A program made the position numbers and the translations under genes. A DNA stretch of 62,679 nt, the filler included, from Globobulimina sp. (lineage: Eukaryota): assembly GCA_003354225.1 (NCBI GenBank). It is 45 parts of 45 records of this genome, joined end to end, with 100 filler letters (N's around TTAATTAATTAA, not from the genome) between each part and the next. Parts side by side here need not be neighbours in the genome. Positions count along the whole stretch, not along the records: positions 9,773 to 11,068 come from PIVH01019207.1; positions 11,169 to 12,464 come from PIVH01019208.1; positions 12,565 to 13,860 come from PIVH01019209.1; positions 13,961 to 15,256 come from PIVH01019210.1; positions 15,357 to 16,652 come from PIVH01019211.1; positions 16,753 to 18,048 come from PIVH01019212.1; positions 18,149 to 19,444 come from PIVH01019213.1; positions 19,545 to 20,840 come from PIVH01019214.1; 37 more parts are not named here. One strand, 5' to 3'. Position 1 is the stretch's first letter; the number at the start of each line of letters is the position of its first letter. The notes below the pieces were generated by a model. That model saw only the letters and a program-made list of their open reading frames with translations, had not been told where the DNA came from and ran no database searches. Shown here piece after piece: positions 10,915 through 23,732 of this stretch.

Positions 10915-13058
10915 TGTTTTTGCACTAAAAACGTTTAGCAGAAGTCGGCACTGCAAACATGTTATTTACATCACTAACATGGAATATTGTGCTGATGTGC
11001 AACACCTATTCTTCATAATTCTTATTTATAGGTTCAGATTGCTATATTTATAGGTTGCTATATTTATANNNNNNNNNNNNNNNNNNNNNNNNNNNNNNNN
11101 NNNNNNNNNNNNTTAATTAATTAANNNNNNNNNNNNNNNNNNNNNNNNNNNNNNNNNNNNNNNNNNNNGGGACAGAAGAATCGCAAAGTTCTAAAACATG
11201 AACGACAATGATTATGAAAATATGTATAAACAGCAAGAAATCCTCTTAGACATAAGTAGACTTTAATTAAAAGTAAAAGTTTTTCGAGACAGTTAGTTGG
11301 ACATCCTTTAATCCAAAAACGAAAATGCAACTAATTAGTACTATTAGAATTCGTGCATTTAACTGAATCGAAAGCAAAATCACTAATTCAGTACAATTTT
11401 ATTCGTCCCAGCAACGATATCAAGGTTTCTAAAAACTTTATGATATAAAAAATGTAGCTAATTAGACTCGTGCTAACTAACTTTTTTCTGAATGCTAATA
11501 CTTAAAAACTTAATTACATGGCACTTACGCTTTAGTTTGCCAACTTTGAATCGGTTTCCCATTAATGAATTTAACTCAATTTAGTATTAAATTCATATGA
11601 AACCGATTTAAAGCAATCTAAATTTGCCTCTCTAGTTTACTTTTTTAAAATTTTGTTTAAATTTAAACATAAAAGCTGTTAGAATGGCAATAATAATGGC
11701 ATGGCCTATGAATTTGGAATATGGATTGAACGAATGTGAGCGAAAAGGAGTGGCTGTCGATTGCGAGACGTGTTGACGGACTGCGGTTTGGATGTCGATA
11801 ACTTCGCTGTAGGCAACACGCCGTATGGAGAAGGAACATGGGGTCAGCGCACGTTTTCATTTTACTGGAACGGATACGGACTAAACTGGCGGCCGTAATG
11901 TGCACCGCGTGGATGTGAGCATATATGGCGGCGACTCCTTCGTTGACAGTGAGTTGTACAAACCGGCACATTTTTTGAAGAACATAAGTGTGGAGCTTTT
12001 CTAGTTGTAAAACAGATTTGCGGCAGTCTAAAAACTTTTCCGCAAAACTGTTTATATGGTGACATTAAATGCCAGACATTAGACATTTTTGCTTTATCGT
12101 AAAGTCTGTTTTTAAACAGAAAAAAAACAGTTTTTTCCCTTAGAAAATATATTTTGAAGATAAAGCAAAAATGCCTATTAAATGCTCAATGTCGAGCATA
12201 GACCCAACATCGGTTCCGCTATTTGGTACAGTTGAATCCAACACAGTGTTATCCTCACCAACGCAAAAGCAACTGGGTCACCACGTGTGTGTCACCAACT
12301 GCAAAATGACAAGGAACAGAAACAGTAAAAGAAACTGCCTGACCAACTTGAAAAAACATTTTGCTGAGCTGTATATATTATCCGCATTGTGTTTCCGCAC
12401 TTGTAAAAACTGTTCCGCAAAATCACGACTTTGCACTTTGACTTTTCCGCAATGATTGTTCCATNNNNNNNNNNNNNNNNNNNNNNNNNNNNNNNNNNNN
12501 NNNNNNNNTTAATTAATTAANNNNNNNNNNNNNNNNNNNNNNNNNNNNNNNNNNNNNNNNNNNNAAAAAGGGAAAATTATTGACGCACAGCAACAATTTC
12601 AAGAGAAAAAAGAGAAAAAAAAATTAAAAAAGAAGAAAAAGAAGAAAAAAGATAAAAATAAAAAGAAAAAAGGTGGATTTGATTTATCTGGTTTTGCATC
12701 AATGGTTGAAAAACAACAAAATAAAGAAAGAGAAAATGATGAGAGTATAAAAAATAAAAATGAAATGAATAGAGCGAGAAATGCATTGTTTGCGCGGAAA
12801 AGGCACACTTCGATTATGGACGTTTCGCGAGTCGATAATTTCTTGTTTATAGAATAGTTTTTTTTTTAGTTGTCTTAATCATTACATTAGTTTGTATTAC
12901 GTTGCAGTGACATGATTATTTTTAAATGTTTATTTCAAGCTTAACTGAGCTGAGTTCATTGAAGTTTTCTTGATAATGAAGCGTTGTTTGTCACAAAAAT
13001 ATTATAAATGTACATTTATATATACAAAATAATCGCGCTTTTAATAGCTGTGCGGACA

Positions 13059-13700
13059 TTACATTGGCATTTCCCATTGTGTTTGTTTTGTGACATGATT
13101 TTGATAATATATCTTTCCATTAATTGTCATTACTTTCTGCCATCCAAATGGTAATGCAGTCTGTGTTGATGTTGTTGACGTAAAATTATAATTATTTAAT
13201 TCTGGTCTTTCTTGATTTCTATTTCCATCCACTTCTGAATCATTCACAAGTAACTGTGTTTTAAATTGTTTTCTCATTACTCCTTTCATTCCATCTTTAT
13301 CATTTTTGATCAATTTAAAAATCCCGCTTCCTCCAAAAAGAAACAAATTAAAAATGCACCACAACAGAAACAAATCTCCTCCGTCAATATTAAAACCAGA
13401 AATACCTTGTACTTTTTTGTTATAATTTTGAAATCTAGAAAACAAAATAAATGCAGTGAGAAAAATAATTATCGGCCCTAAACAACATGTTTTCCCACAT
13501 GTTACCAAATGAGTTTGTGCTTTTTTATATGAATGAAATATTATTCCTGCACATAATATGACTACAAATGATGCAATTTGAAATGCCAAAGAATTCATAT
13601 CTTCACACACACAGTCAGCGGATAATAGCGCTGATCCATAAACACCACGTTCTTTATACAAATCACCAACATGAACGGTTTGAGAATATATTATTATGTG
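13059..13700 (-). CDS. Membrane protein with C-terminal WW domain
   Basis: Three TMs, then LPFGWQKVMTINGKIYYQNHVTKQTQWEMP. Confidence 0.75.
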   Translation of the reverse strand, partial: HIIIYSQTVHVGDLYKERGVYGSALLSADCVCEDMNSLAFQIASFVVILCAGIIFHSYKKAQTHLVTCGKTCCLGPIIIFLTAFILFSRFQNYNKKVQGISGFNIDGGDLFLLWCIFNLFLFGGSGIFKLIKNDKDGMKGVMRKQFKTQLLVNDSEVDGNRNQERPELNNYNFTSTTSTQTALPFGWQKVMTINGKIYYQNHVTKQTQWEMPM

Positions 13701-13701
13701 T

Positions 13702-13832
13702 AATCTCTCCCTATTTAAAGAAATTACGAGTATAATGTATCTTTGATTACTGCAATAATCAGCCGCTTGCGGCTGATTATCAGTAATCAAAACCGATTAT
13801 GCCATCGTAATATTTTTAAATAGGGAGAGATT
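13702..13832. mobile_element. MITE-like foldback element (~130-bp imperfect palindrome)
   Basis: Termini AATCTCTCCCTATTTAAA / TTTAAATAGGGAGAGATT; centre ATAATCAGCCGC-TT-GCGGCTGATTAT. Confidence 0.65.
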
Positions 13833-14268
13833 CAAATCATAACCAAATTTGATTCAAGGTNNNNNNNNNNNNNNNNNNNNNNNNNNNNNNNNNNNNNNNN
13901 NNNNTTAATTAATTAANNNNNNNNNNNNNNNNNNNNNNNNNNNNNNNNNNNNNNNNNNNNAGAATAGATTTGTTTATATGTAAATAATGTAATATTTTAT
14001 CGTAGATACCACGATAATAAGTCATAAGCAATATGCAATCCTAGCTATAGATTGTTTATCATTTGTAATTGTTGTGGCCTGTGAATAGTGCAGTGTTATC
14101 CCATGAAAGTTGTTCGTATTTGTTGTTTGTGTATGATTGGACGAAACAACGTTGCTGAATTTAATTATTTGTTGCTCGGAGTCTTTAATCCTCTGTCGGA
14201 AGGAAAGATTTATTTAAGCTGGTTTTCATAGGTCAGATTTATTGAAGACCTAGTCAGTAGTCACTGGC

Positions 14269-15256
14269 TCACTGCTTGATGATTATTTTGCCTTTATCTC
14301 TGTCAGCACCTTTCTCCGCTCTTTTGCTCCAATCAATATTTTCATCGCCTGGTCTTGTTGTACATAAGTCATTAAATCCGGTTGCATTAACAAAACATAT
14401 TTCATATTGATCCACATCGCGTAGTATTACAACATCGACATCAGCCTTTCCTCTGGTTTCCAATGTCACAGGTTTTGTCATTACCCATTCTTTGTTATAC
14501 CGAGTGATATAATCATAGATCACATAGGGACCGCTCTCAATAGATGTTGAAAATGCTATCCTTCCTCCAGCTGCTCCATGATTCAATATTTCCTCTTCAT
14601 TTAATTGATAAAATTCAAAAGGTACTTGTCCTCGACCTCCATATGCTGCTCGCAAATATTTGCCAACTATAAAAGATAAAGGACATAAATTTAAAACACC
14701 ACAATAATATTTAAATGATTTTTCAACATTGCTGACGTTTAAAGCAATTGACCAGAATGGCTCTCTCGGCAATTTCTCACTCATTTTGCATCGATATGTA
14801 ATATTATTTGGACCAATAACATCATAAAACATTTTTCCATCATCACATTGTTTTATTTGATATGCCATTTCTTGCGCGGCTTTAAATCCATTTTTTGTCA
14901 GATGCAAACCGATAAATCGTAAATCGTTGCCTCGTTCATATCCTTTTATGCCATAATTATACGTTAATTCTAAGGCAAATTGCTTTTTTTCATCACCATA
15001 TCCAATCATCTGTTTTGTTTTGTTTTTGTTTTGTTTTGTTTTGTATTATATACTTATATTAATGTAACAAAACTGTTTTACTCCATGGTCGAGAAAAATC
15101 GCCATTACATTTTGCTTCACCTAAATATAAAATATTATATTAAATTAATATTTCACTCTGCCATTCGAATTCACTTAACATCCTTTGTCAAATTCTTCGT
15201 GTCTCAACACTTTCATTCCAAATACGTTTGAATAAAATTCAACACTTTTTTTTAAT
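14269..15256 (-). CDS. GLOD4: Glyoxalase domain-containing protein 4-like, introns 15010..15073 and 15121..15179, 5'-truncated
   Basis: Spliced LRHEEFDKGCEAKCNG..WSKTMIGYG..FALELTYNYG..YERGND; GRIAF; TLET.GKA.V.VVIL.D...YEICFV. Confidence 0.9.
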
Positions 15257-15358
15257 NNNNNNNNNNNNNNNNNNNNNNNNNNNNNNNNNNNNNNNNNNNN
15301 TTAATTAATTAANNNNNNNNNNNNNNNNNNNNNNNNNNNNNNNNNNNNNNNNNNNNAC

Positions 15359-16393
15359 GGCGCTGCCGTGATGGACGCCGCCTTGTTATTGGTGGCTGGA
15401 AACGAGCCTTGTCCGCAACCGCAGACCTCTGAGCATTTGGCGGCCGTCGAAATCATGAAATTAAAACATATCATCATCTTACAAAACAAAATCGATTTGG
15501 TGACTGCGAGTGCCGCGGCCTCGCAATGTGAGCAAATCCGCTCCTTTGTGTCTGGCACCGTGGCGGACGGCGCGCCCATTTTGCCCATCAGCGCCCAGTT
15601 ACAGTACAACATCGACGTTGTTTGCGAGTACATTTTGAAAATACCAGCGCCTATTCGTGACTTCACGTCGTCGCCACAGTTGATTGTGATCCGCTCGTTC
15701 GATGTGAACAAACCCGGGGCGGAGGCGGATGAATTGCAGGGCGGCGTGGCCGGTGGTTCTATATTGCGGGGGATATTGCGGTTGGGCCAAGAGATTGAAA
15801 TCTTGCCCGGCATTATCAAGAAAAGCAACACTGACTCGATGGGAGCAGGCGGCGGCGGTGGCGGTGGCATCAAATGTCAGCCGATCTTGAGTCGTATAAC
15901 TTCGTTGTTTGCAGAGAAGAATACGTTGCAATATGCGGTGCCGGGCGGTCTAATCGGAGTGGGCACCAATATCGACCCTACATTGACGAGGGCGGACCGT
16001 TTGGTGGGTCAGGTCTTGGGCGAAGTGGGTAAGTTACCCGATGTATATATTCAGTTGGAAATATCGTTTTTTTTGTTGCGGAAGTTGTTGGGAGTGAGGA
16101 ATGACCCAAACTCGACGGTGTCCAGCGCGGAGATGAAAAAAAACAAAACGAAAACGAAAAATAAAAATAAGATTAAGCCATTGGATAAGAATGAAGTGTT
16201 GATGGTGAACATTGGCAGCACGTCGACCGGAGGGCGAGTCATTGCGACTAAGAAGGATTTGGCGAGAATACATTTGACGTCGCCGTGCTGTACGTTTCCT
16301 GGCGCAAAGTTAGCTTTATCGAGGAGGGTGGACAAACATTGGAGATTGATTGGATGGGGAAATGTGTTGAAAGGTTTATTGTTGAATAAATGA
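15359..16393 (+). CDS. EIF2S3: Translation initiation factor eIF2 gamma, 5'-truncated
   Basis: [70 protein letters not shown]. Confidence 0.97.
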   Translation, partial: GAAVMDAALLLVAGNEPCPQPQTSEHLAAVEIMKLKHIIILQNKIDLVTASAAASQCEQIRSFVSGTVADGAPILPISAQLQYNIDVVCEYILKIPAPIRDFTSSPQLIVIRSFDVNKPGAEADELQGGVAGGSILRGILRLGQEIEILPGIIKKSNTDSMGAGGGGGGGIKCQPILSRITSLFAEKNTLQYAVPGGLIGVGTNIDPTLTRADRLVGQVLGEVGKLPDVYIQLEISFFLLRKLLGVRNDPNSTVSSAEMKKNKTKTKNKNKIKPLDKNEVLMVNIGSTSTGGRVIATKKDLARIHLTSPCCTFPGAKLALSRRVDKHWRLIGWGNVLKGLLLNK

Positions 16394-16752
16394 CTTTGAC
16401 TCTTATTTATTCGTTTTTGTTTTTTTTTTCATTGACAAAATATTCAACTTGAACGATGTCGATCCGATAAGGTCTTTGCTGATTTCTACTTTCGCAGTAG
16501 ATCGACCATTCTGAACCCCCGCGAGATGTCCGAATTTTTGGAAGGAAAATAGGTTAATAATAAAATGTTAAAGGTAACATTTAACTTTTTGCTTTTCAGT
16601 TTGAAATTACTGTTTTTACTGTAAACTCTTTGAATTTACAGTTTTTTACAGANNNNNNNNNNNNNNNNNNNNNNNNNNNNNNNNNNNNNNNNNNNNTTAA
16701 TTAATTAANNNNNNNNNNNNNNNNNNNNNNNNNNNNNNNNNNNNNNNNNNNN

Positions 16753-17086
16753 CAATATCTGCAGATTGTTGCTCGATCGCTACGATAACATTACATGTTT
16801 TATAATCAATTCCTTTTTCAGCTGAATCGTAACCCACATTTTTTATTGCATCACGAACTACGGAATCGTAGTCAACTTTGGCTTTGGTTGTGATTTCGCC
16901 GAATATCATTACCATCCCTGTTTTTGTGGCGGTCTCGCAAGCGACATAGGAATTGATGTCCTGCGATAAACATGCATCTAACACTGCATCTGATATTATG
17001 TCACATAATTTGTCCGGATGCCCTTCGTTCACTGATTCAGAGGTAAATAAAAATTCATCTTTGGCTAAACCTGCGTGCGATGCCAT
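16753..17086 (-). CDS. MAT: S-adenosylmethionine synthetase (canonical MAT), 3'-truncated
   Basis: [56 protein letters not shown]. Confidence 0.97.
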
Positions 17087-17411
17087 CTTTGTTTGATTAT
17101 AATTCTCGAGCTGGTAATTTGTCAAATTTAAAATTACAAAAAAATAAAAATAGTTGTTAATTTTAGAGTGATTATGAGTTGAATGATTTATAAATATGGT
17201 GTTGAATGATTATGATACGATTGATTATGATGTATTATATTTCACTGAAATGTTCAACTTTATTGCATGTACAATTTGATCGTGGAAAACATTCACTACA
17301 TGTTGCAGTTGTGATCGGATTAATCCTGTCATTCCTGTGGCCAGCGAACAGAAAGATTTTTGTGAGCTGTTTTCAATCTAAGTACCCTCGATTGTCGTCA
17401 AACAATACAAA

Positions 17412-18048
17412 ATGGAAACAATAGCAAAAAAGAGACACAATAAATACAGAGGCATAACATATTATGCTCATTTTGGGGATAAACTCGAAGATTATCAAAA
17501 CATACAAGTACCCGCATCCCAATTTGTTTATAACTGCAATCAACACACGCTTGTTTGTGGTGAGTGTGATTTTTCGTTCACTGCTTCTTTGATACGAAAA
17601 CGTGGTGGATCCGGCGTCAATTTGTGTTCTACATCTTATTATTATGAAAAGTCTCAATGGTTTCGCCAACTGCCACAAAATATGAAAGGTGGGGTTTCTG
17701 CATTCAACTCATTCCTCACCAATTTGCAGTATTGCAAAAATTTCAAAGCTAAAATCAGCTTTGGCGTCGATGCGCGATCGCTACGTTGTGGAGAATCCAA
17801 ATGGAATGACAATTATAAGCAGAAAAATTCTAGCTTTGACCGTATAATCTTTACATTTCCTCGTCGATACAATAAAAACAATGAGAATTTGCTGCTGTAT
17901 ATATTGAAATCAATGAAATCTTATTTGAACGAAAATGGTGAGATCCATTTGATGTTATTCAAAGAGCAATTTTGGAACTGGCATATCAATCAAATTGTGT
18001 CTGAATTGGATTTGAAATTATTTTATTGGACGCAACTGAATAAATCTT
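17412..18048 (+). CDS. DUF2431 / Bmt5-like rRNA m3U methyltransferase domain protein, 3'-truncated
   Basis: LVCGECDFSFTASL, FGVDA, FDRIIFTFP, GEIHL match DUF2431 motifs. Confidence 0.75.
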
Positions 18049-18525
18049 NNNNNNNNNNNNNNNNNNNNNNNNNNNNNNNNNNNNNNNNNNNNTTAATTAA
18101 TTAANNNNNNNNNNNNNNNNNNNNNNNNNNNNNNNNNNNNNNNNNNNNACTTTTGCAACACCCTTTATGTTATCATGCATTAAATTGAAATGATAATTAT
18201 GCAGCTACATGACATGACATTTTGCACAAAATGTCATGTGTAAACTCATAATTCACTTAAATTATGCTATAAATGCAACCAACAATAAATAATTATATTT
18301 AATTCTTCGTTGCTTAATGATTGGTTGTCGCCTAAAAACATTGGATGTAAAACTATGGCTGGTATTCAAATGGAAGGCATGAAAATGGTACATTGAAACA
18401 TCAAATATTATTTCATTTTAATCAATTTAGTATGGGATCGGAGTTATTATTTAATTACAATAGTGGCTTTGTTCATTATTAAAAGAAATAAATTTATCTC
18501 ATTCAAGCGAAATTAATCAAGTCAT

Positions 18526-19170
18526 ATGAATTGTGTTTTTTGTGGCGAAATTATTTTTAATTCTGAGGCAATGTTTAACAAATACTATGACAAAGTACTC
18601 GCAGTATACAAAGAACACTACGCAGTGCACAACGAAAGGACGCATTTATTGGCATTGAATGCCTGTCAAAATATTGGTGACTTTGCATTTGGTCAACAAA
18701 TAATATCTCACTACATAGACTATAATAATAATACACATTCATTTCCATTGTTAACTGCAACAATTGATTTCTACGGAGAATGCAAAGATATCCAATCTGC
18801 ACAAAATGTGTTTGACTCAATTCCTGCTCCAAACAGATCCATTCAAAGCATTGTTGAACAGTTGCCATTTTGAGGATGTCCTGTCTCTCTATCAACAAAC
18901 AGCAGATTCGAATTTAAATGATGATACCACGCATTTATTGGCGATGTGGTCAACAGATATCTGAATGATTTCAAATGTGGTCAACAGATTATCCATTCTC
19001 TCGACATTAATGCTGGGAATTGCAATATTTTGTTATTAAGTGCCATCATTGAATTTTATGGAGCAATGGGAGACATTGAGAGTGCCACACAAATTTTCGA
19101 TGCTATTCCTGCGGAAACGAGACATTGTGGTTGTGAATATTGTGATGACTGCATTTCGCGACAATGATTT
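18526..19170 (+). pseudogene. Pentatricopeptide-repeat (PPR)-like gene with several frameshifts
   Basis: LLTATIDFYGECKDIQSAQNVFDSIP and LLSAIIEFYGAMGDIESATQIFDAIP; the coding signal is spread over three frames. Confidence 0.7.
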
Positions 19171-19544
19171 GCCATTGGTACAGCTGCTTATTTATTATGG
19201 TATGCCAGCAGCCATTGGTACCGTTGCTTATTTATATGGTGCGTACAGCAGCCATTGGTACCGCTGCTATTTATTATGGTACGGCGTACGTAGCGCCGTG
19301 GACAGCTGCCACCTACAAATCTCTTCTTGTGATGATAGCTCAATGAGAGCGCCTTATTGAAGAATATTTGGGTTCAAATCCCAATCATCACCATGTTATC
19401 TCATCCCATAAATGTTTCTCTGTGATAAAATATTAGTTTATATANNNNNNNNNNNNNNNNNNNNNNNNNNNNNNNNNNNNNNNNNNNNTTAATTAATTAA
19501 NNNNNNNNNNNNNNNNNNNNNNNNNNNNNNNNNNNNNNNNNNNN

Positions 19545-20840
19545 TGCTGAACAAGTCGACAATAAATATCAAGAGGATACGGATGAAAATGACTTAAATC
19601 GACACAATTTAGAAGTACAATTATCCCGCTCCAACATGGAAATTACATCCAAATGTCTGGCAGCCAAACGATATAAAATAACAATCTTAGACGAAGGCTT
19701 TGATTCAGATTCAGATTTTGAATGGGCGTTATTTCGAAGGAAAACGTTGCGGAATGTATATATGCAAAATATGCGGACCAGTGGGTACTGGAAAATATTA
19801 ACCAAAGATGTGAATGATTTTGACGAAGAAGCATTGATTCCCATCGACAGACAAGATTCGTTTGAAATGGACGAGAAAAAAGAAAAAGAAACTGGCGGCT
19901 TTCCTATATTCACCACGGAATTGGAAAGGTCTACAGAGGATTATACGGAAGATAGTGGGCCAATTACTCGCGATTTAGTTGATTTGAATGCGATTTTAAT
20001 GTTCTTACAAACCATACAAGAACATCTAACGGAGCAGGACAAGGATAAAATTATATTTACGGCACAAGATTTGAAAAAAATGAAACAACCCATTATAAGA
20101 TTTGAGTTTGAAGCAGTTTCGGATGACGAAAATGACAAAGCAGAAGAAAAAAATATTGATGAGGCTGAAAGCAAAGCATTAGAACCAAACAAAAAAGAAA
20201 CAACGAAGCTGAAATGGTATGATATATATTGGTGGAATTCTTGCGAGGAAGATAACCAAATCCATGCATTAGCGCTAAAGAACCATGCTTCTAAAGGGAA
20301 GATGGAATATTATTTGAGATATGTGATGGGGCAAAACCCTCCGACTGCAGCTGGGGGGAAATCACGTTCCAGGCTTTCCAGATCAACAACAGATTATATG
20401 TCTATTCAACAAGAGCACAATAATAATTTTACTGGACCTAAAAAGCAAATATTAGAATGGATTTGGTATGACAATGATACTGCGGACTATAAGCGCTACG
20501 ATCTAGGAACGAATGTATTGAAGCAATTGGAAGCATCCTTCCATTCCAACTGCAGTCATATATTCCCAAAGCAATTAAATTGCAATTTTAATTATTTGCT
20601 GTTGCGTGAAATGGCAGAGAGGCTACGGAAACGGGGCAGAAATGTTGGATTGGGCTATGTTTTACGTTTTTCATATTCCAATTCGGATCGTTTTAAGATT
20701 GTAAACATGGAACAGCTGTCAGTATGGAGGAACGCGCCGGAATTTGCACGCAATGTGCAACGAAGGATCAATGGCAGGAATAGTATTTTCATGTACTTTT
20801 CGTCCAATAACTCAGAATACGTCGATGAATGGAAAAATCG
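19545..20840 (+). CDS. Large hypothetical protein fragment with a WWE-like segment
   Basis: Frame is open across the whole contig; EWIWYDND..YKRYD..V..QLEASF. Confidence 0.6.
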
Positions 20841-20974
20841 NNNNNNNNNNNNNNNNNNNNNNNNNNNNNNNNNNNNNNNNNNNNTTAATTAATTAANNNN
20901 NNNNNNNNNNNNNNNNNNNNNNNNNNNNNNNNNNNNNNNNCCGATCTTTTTACTTTGAATTATATATCCAAAGC

Positions 20975-22236
20975 ATGGAAGACCTTTGGACCACCGAAAT
21001 CACTCCATCGTCATATTCAAGCTCAAAACACACAGACTTCCAAAGTGAACGCACATCGTATGAACGGGACTGTATTTTGTTAATCGACGGAGAAACAGCT
21101 GATAAGCATCTAAAAAATGAAATTTCTAAATCACTAAAAAAAATACGATTTAATAATTGGTGCACGAATACTGCGCCACCACAAAATAAAAATAAAAACA
21201 AAAACAAAAAATCCAGCAAATCTGAACATTTATTAAACATCAATAAGATTTCCAATGCGTCAAAGCGTCCTAACAACAGTACTTATCATTCATTGCAAAG
21301 GTAATATTTCCAATCTTTTTTTTACTTTTATGGTGTAAGGATATACAAATTAACAATAAACAGATATTATTCGTTGAAAGCAAGATTGCAAAATGAGAAT
21401 TGCATCAAACTGTATCGTCGAGAAAGATTTGCATTGAATACTCCCATTTTATTACGACAACAATGTGCAATTAACAACAATTTAAATGGCATATTTATAA
21501 AATTAGAAAATAAAAACGATTATTCCGAAACCAGCGAAGATTACATATTGTCACAACAGAAACGTTATAATGAATTAACCAGAAACGACCCGCATAATAT
21601 TCTGTTATGGTGTGATTTTGCTAAATTCTATGATGACATAACCCATTTAAATCGAGATAATTTGTACAACAAAAATATGAAAGAAAAAAGATTGAATTTA
21701 CTGAAACAAATCTCAATTTATGAAAAAGCATTGGAATATAATCCAAATTCAACAATTTTATTATTAAATAAATTAAATTTATATCAATTTAAAAATATAA
21801 ATAATAATAAAGATAATAAGACAAATGTTTTATGGCAAGATATCATTGAAAAGAATCCGCATAATACCACGTTGTGGGAATCGTATTTATATTTCCAATT
21901 AACGCAAAATAAAAATACGTTGTTTGGGCACGAAATTAGTACCATTTTTTTAGATGCAATTCGCTCATTAAATAATGCCAAAAATAGAGCGTATTCCAGC
22001 ATGAAATTTAATGACGGCCCCGATTCAGAGACGTTGCGATTACATATTGGCTCCATCGAGAAAACGTTGCTAAGTGTTTTTGTAAGTTATTGCAAATATG
22101 AATGGGTTTGTGGCTATAAAGCAAAATGTATTGCTTTGTTACAAGCGATGATCGAATTTAATATTTTCCAACCACTCAAAAATGAAAAGATTTGCAATAA
22201 CTTTGAGATAAATTTAATTTACTTTCAGTTCTTTTG
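20975..22236 (+). CDS. NRDE2: NRDE-2 family nuclear RNAi/exosome factor, intron 21301..21363, 3'-truncated
   Basis: YNELTRNDPHNILLWCDF, ISIYEKALEYNPNS..LLL, W..IIEKNPHN..LWESYL, GY....IALLQAMIEFN. Confidence 0.8.
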
Positions 22237-22336
22237 NNNNNNNNNNNNNNNNNNNNNNNNNNNNNNNNNNNNNNNNNNNNTTAATTAATTAANNNNNNNN
22301 NNNNNNNNNNNNNNNNNNNNNNNNNNNNNNNNNNNN

Positions 22337-22984
22337 GAGATATTATCGGATATAAATACTTGGTTCAAATGTTGGAGAAAATGAGGGATTTTCGGATGGA
22401 GTGTTTGTTGGAGATAATGAGGGATTTTTGGATGGAATATTTGTGGGATTATAAGTAGTTGCGGTTGGGGAAGAGGTTGGAATTACAAATGGTGAATGAA
22501 TCGAGTCACAGTTTCCTGTGCACTCAAAACTCACAGCTTGATGAACATTAACTTTTGTATTGATGCAACTGGAACTGGTTCCACATGATATATCACAGAA
22601 TTTTGTACCACAATTTACAATGACATTTCCTTTGCACGCTTCATCTCCAATACAATTAACCGTAACATCGGTACTTTGAGATGCTTCTATAACTGCGTTA
22701 CCTCCGCATGCATTGTGCCCATTGCAATTAACGTGACAGGGATCCCCAGCGCGACATCGTAAAGTGCTGTCTTTGCATTGATCTTTACCCTCACAACTGA
22801 TATTTGTTAATTATCGGAGTGTTTGCATGGTTGTGGGGATATATAATTGACGAAACTTTAGGATACAGGTTATCCCAGAAGTAAGTATTGGACATTCACA
22901 GTTGGTGTTGCAGATAACAGATTGTGTGTTTACTTGATAGATAATGCAGAGTAAAGAGATCCACAATTTGAGTTCGCAAGTCAT
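22337..22984 (-). CDS. Secreted Cys-rich surface protein with Pro/Thr repeats, intron 22797..22856
   Basis: Signal peptide MTCELKLWISLLC, repeated C.G...C units, SPT/PT.xP repeats. Confidence 0.7.
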
Positions 22985-23732
22985 TTTTTATTAAGTCAAG
23001 TAAAAAACAGTTAAAAAACATTTACAAGAAAAAAATATTATAAAAGCATACGCAAACAAACAACACCAATACGCTTTCATCGAATTGGTCATCTTCAATT
23101 GCAAATAAAATAAGTAAATCAGTTTATATAACTGTCATTTTTTTCAGTTGATTTCGATGACAATTCTCTAAGGAAAATTCATTTAACTGTAATCCATGTC
23201 TGTTATCACCACAAAAAATCATATCATGAATCATGATCATATTCAAAAAAAAAATTGTATAGAAAAGTTCGTCGATCCATAATATTTGATCATACCATGT
23301 TCCACTTATCCGATACACCACTGTATATATAACTTTTCAAATCAGATCGAAGCATGTAGAGAAAAACTGCAGTGTGTGACACTAAGATTAAAAATTCATG
23401 GATTGAAAATTGAATATTAATTTTTAAAACTCATTATTATTTATTGTAAACTCAACACTTTAATTTGTAATACACCATATTGCATAAAATATGTATTATT
23501 AACACCATATGCAACAGCAGGATAATATGTCTTTGATTTAATTTTAATAGTTTTACCCATTTTATTTGAATTAATAAAAAATGATAACTCCAATTTATTA
23601 AAATCTACTCTCAGACTCATTGTCTCATTTACNNNNNNNNNNNNNNNNNNNNNNNNNNNNNNNNNNNNNNNNNNNNTTAATTAATTAANNNNNNNNNNNN
23701 NNNNNNNNNNNNNNNNNNNNNNNNNNNNNNNN

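Noticed and set aside
11701-11898. 65-codon frame with one in-frame TGA (11737) as a selenoprotein
   Set aside because: No CxxU/UxxC context, no recognisable family and no convincing SECIS; likely chance in a GC-richer patch
15301-16335. Minus-strand ORFs over eIF2-gamma, and similar overlaps on DDB1, Dispatched and SYLF
   Set aside because: Antisense shadows of well-supported genes
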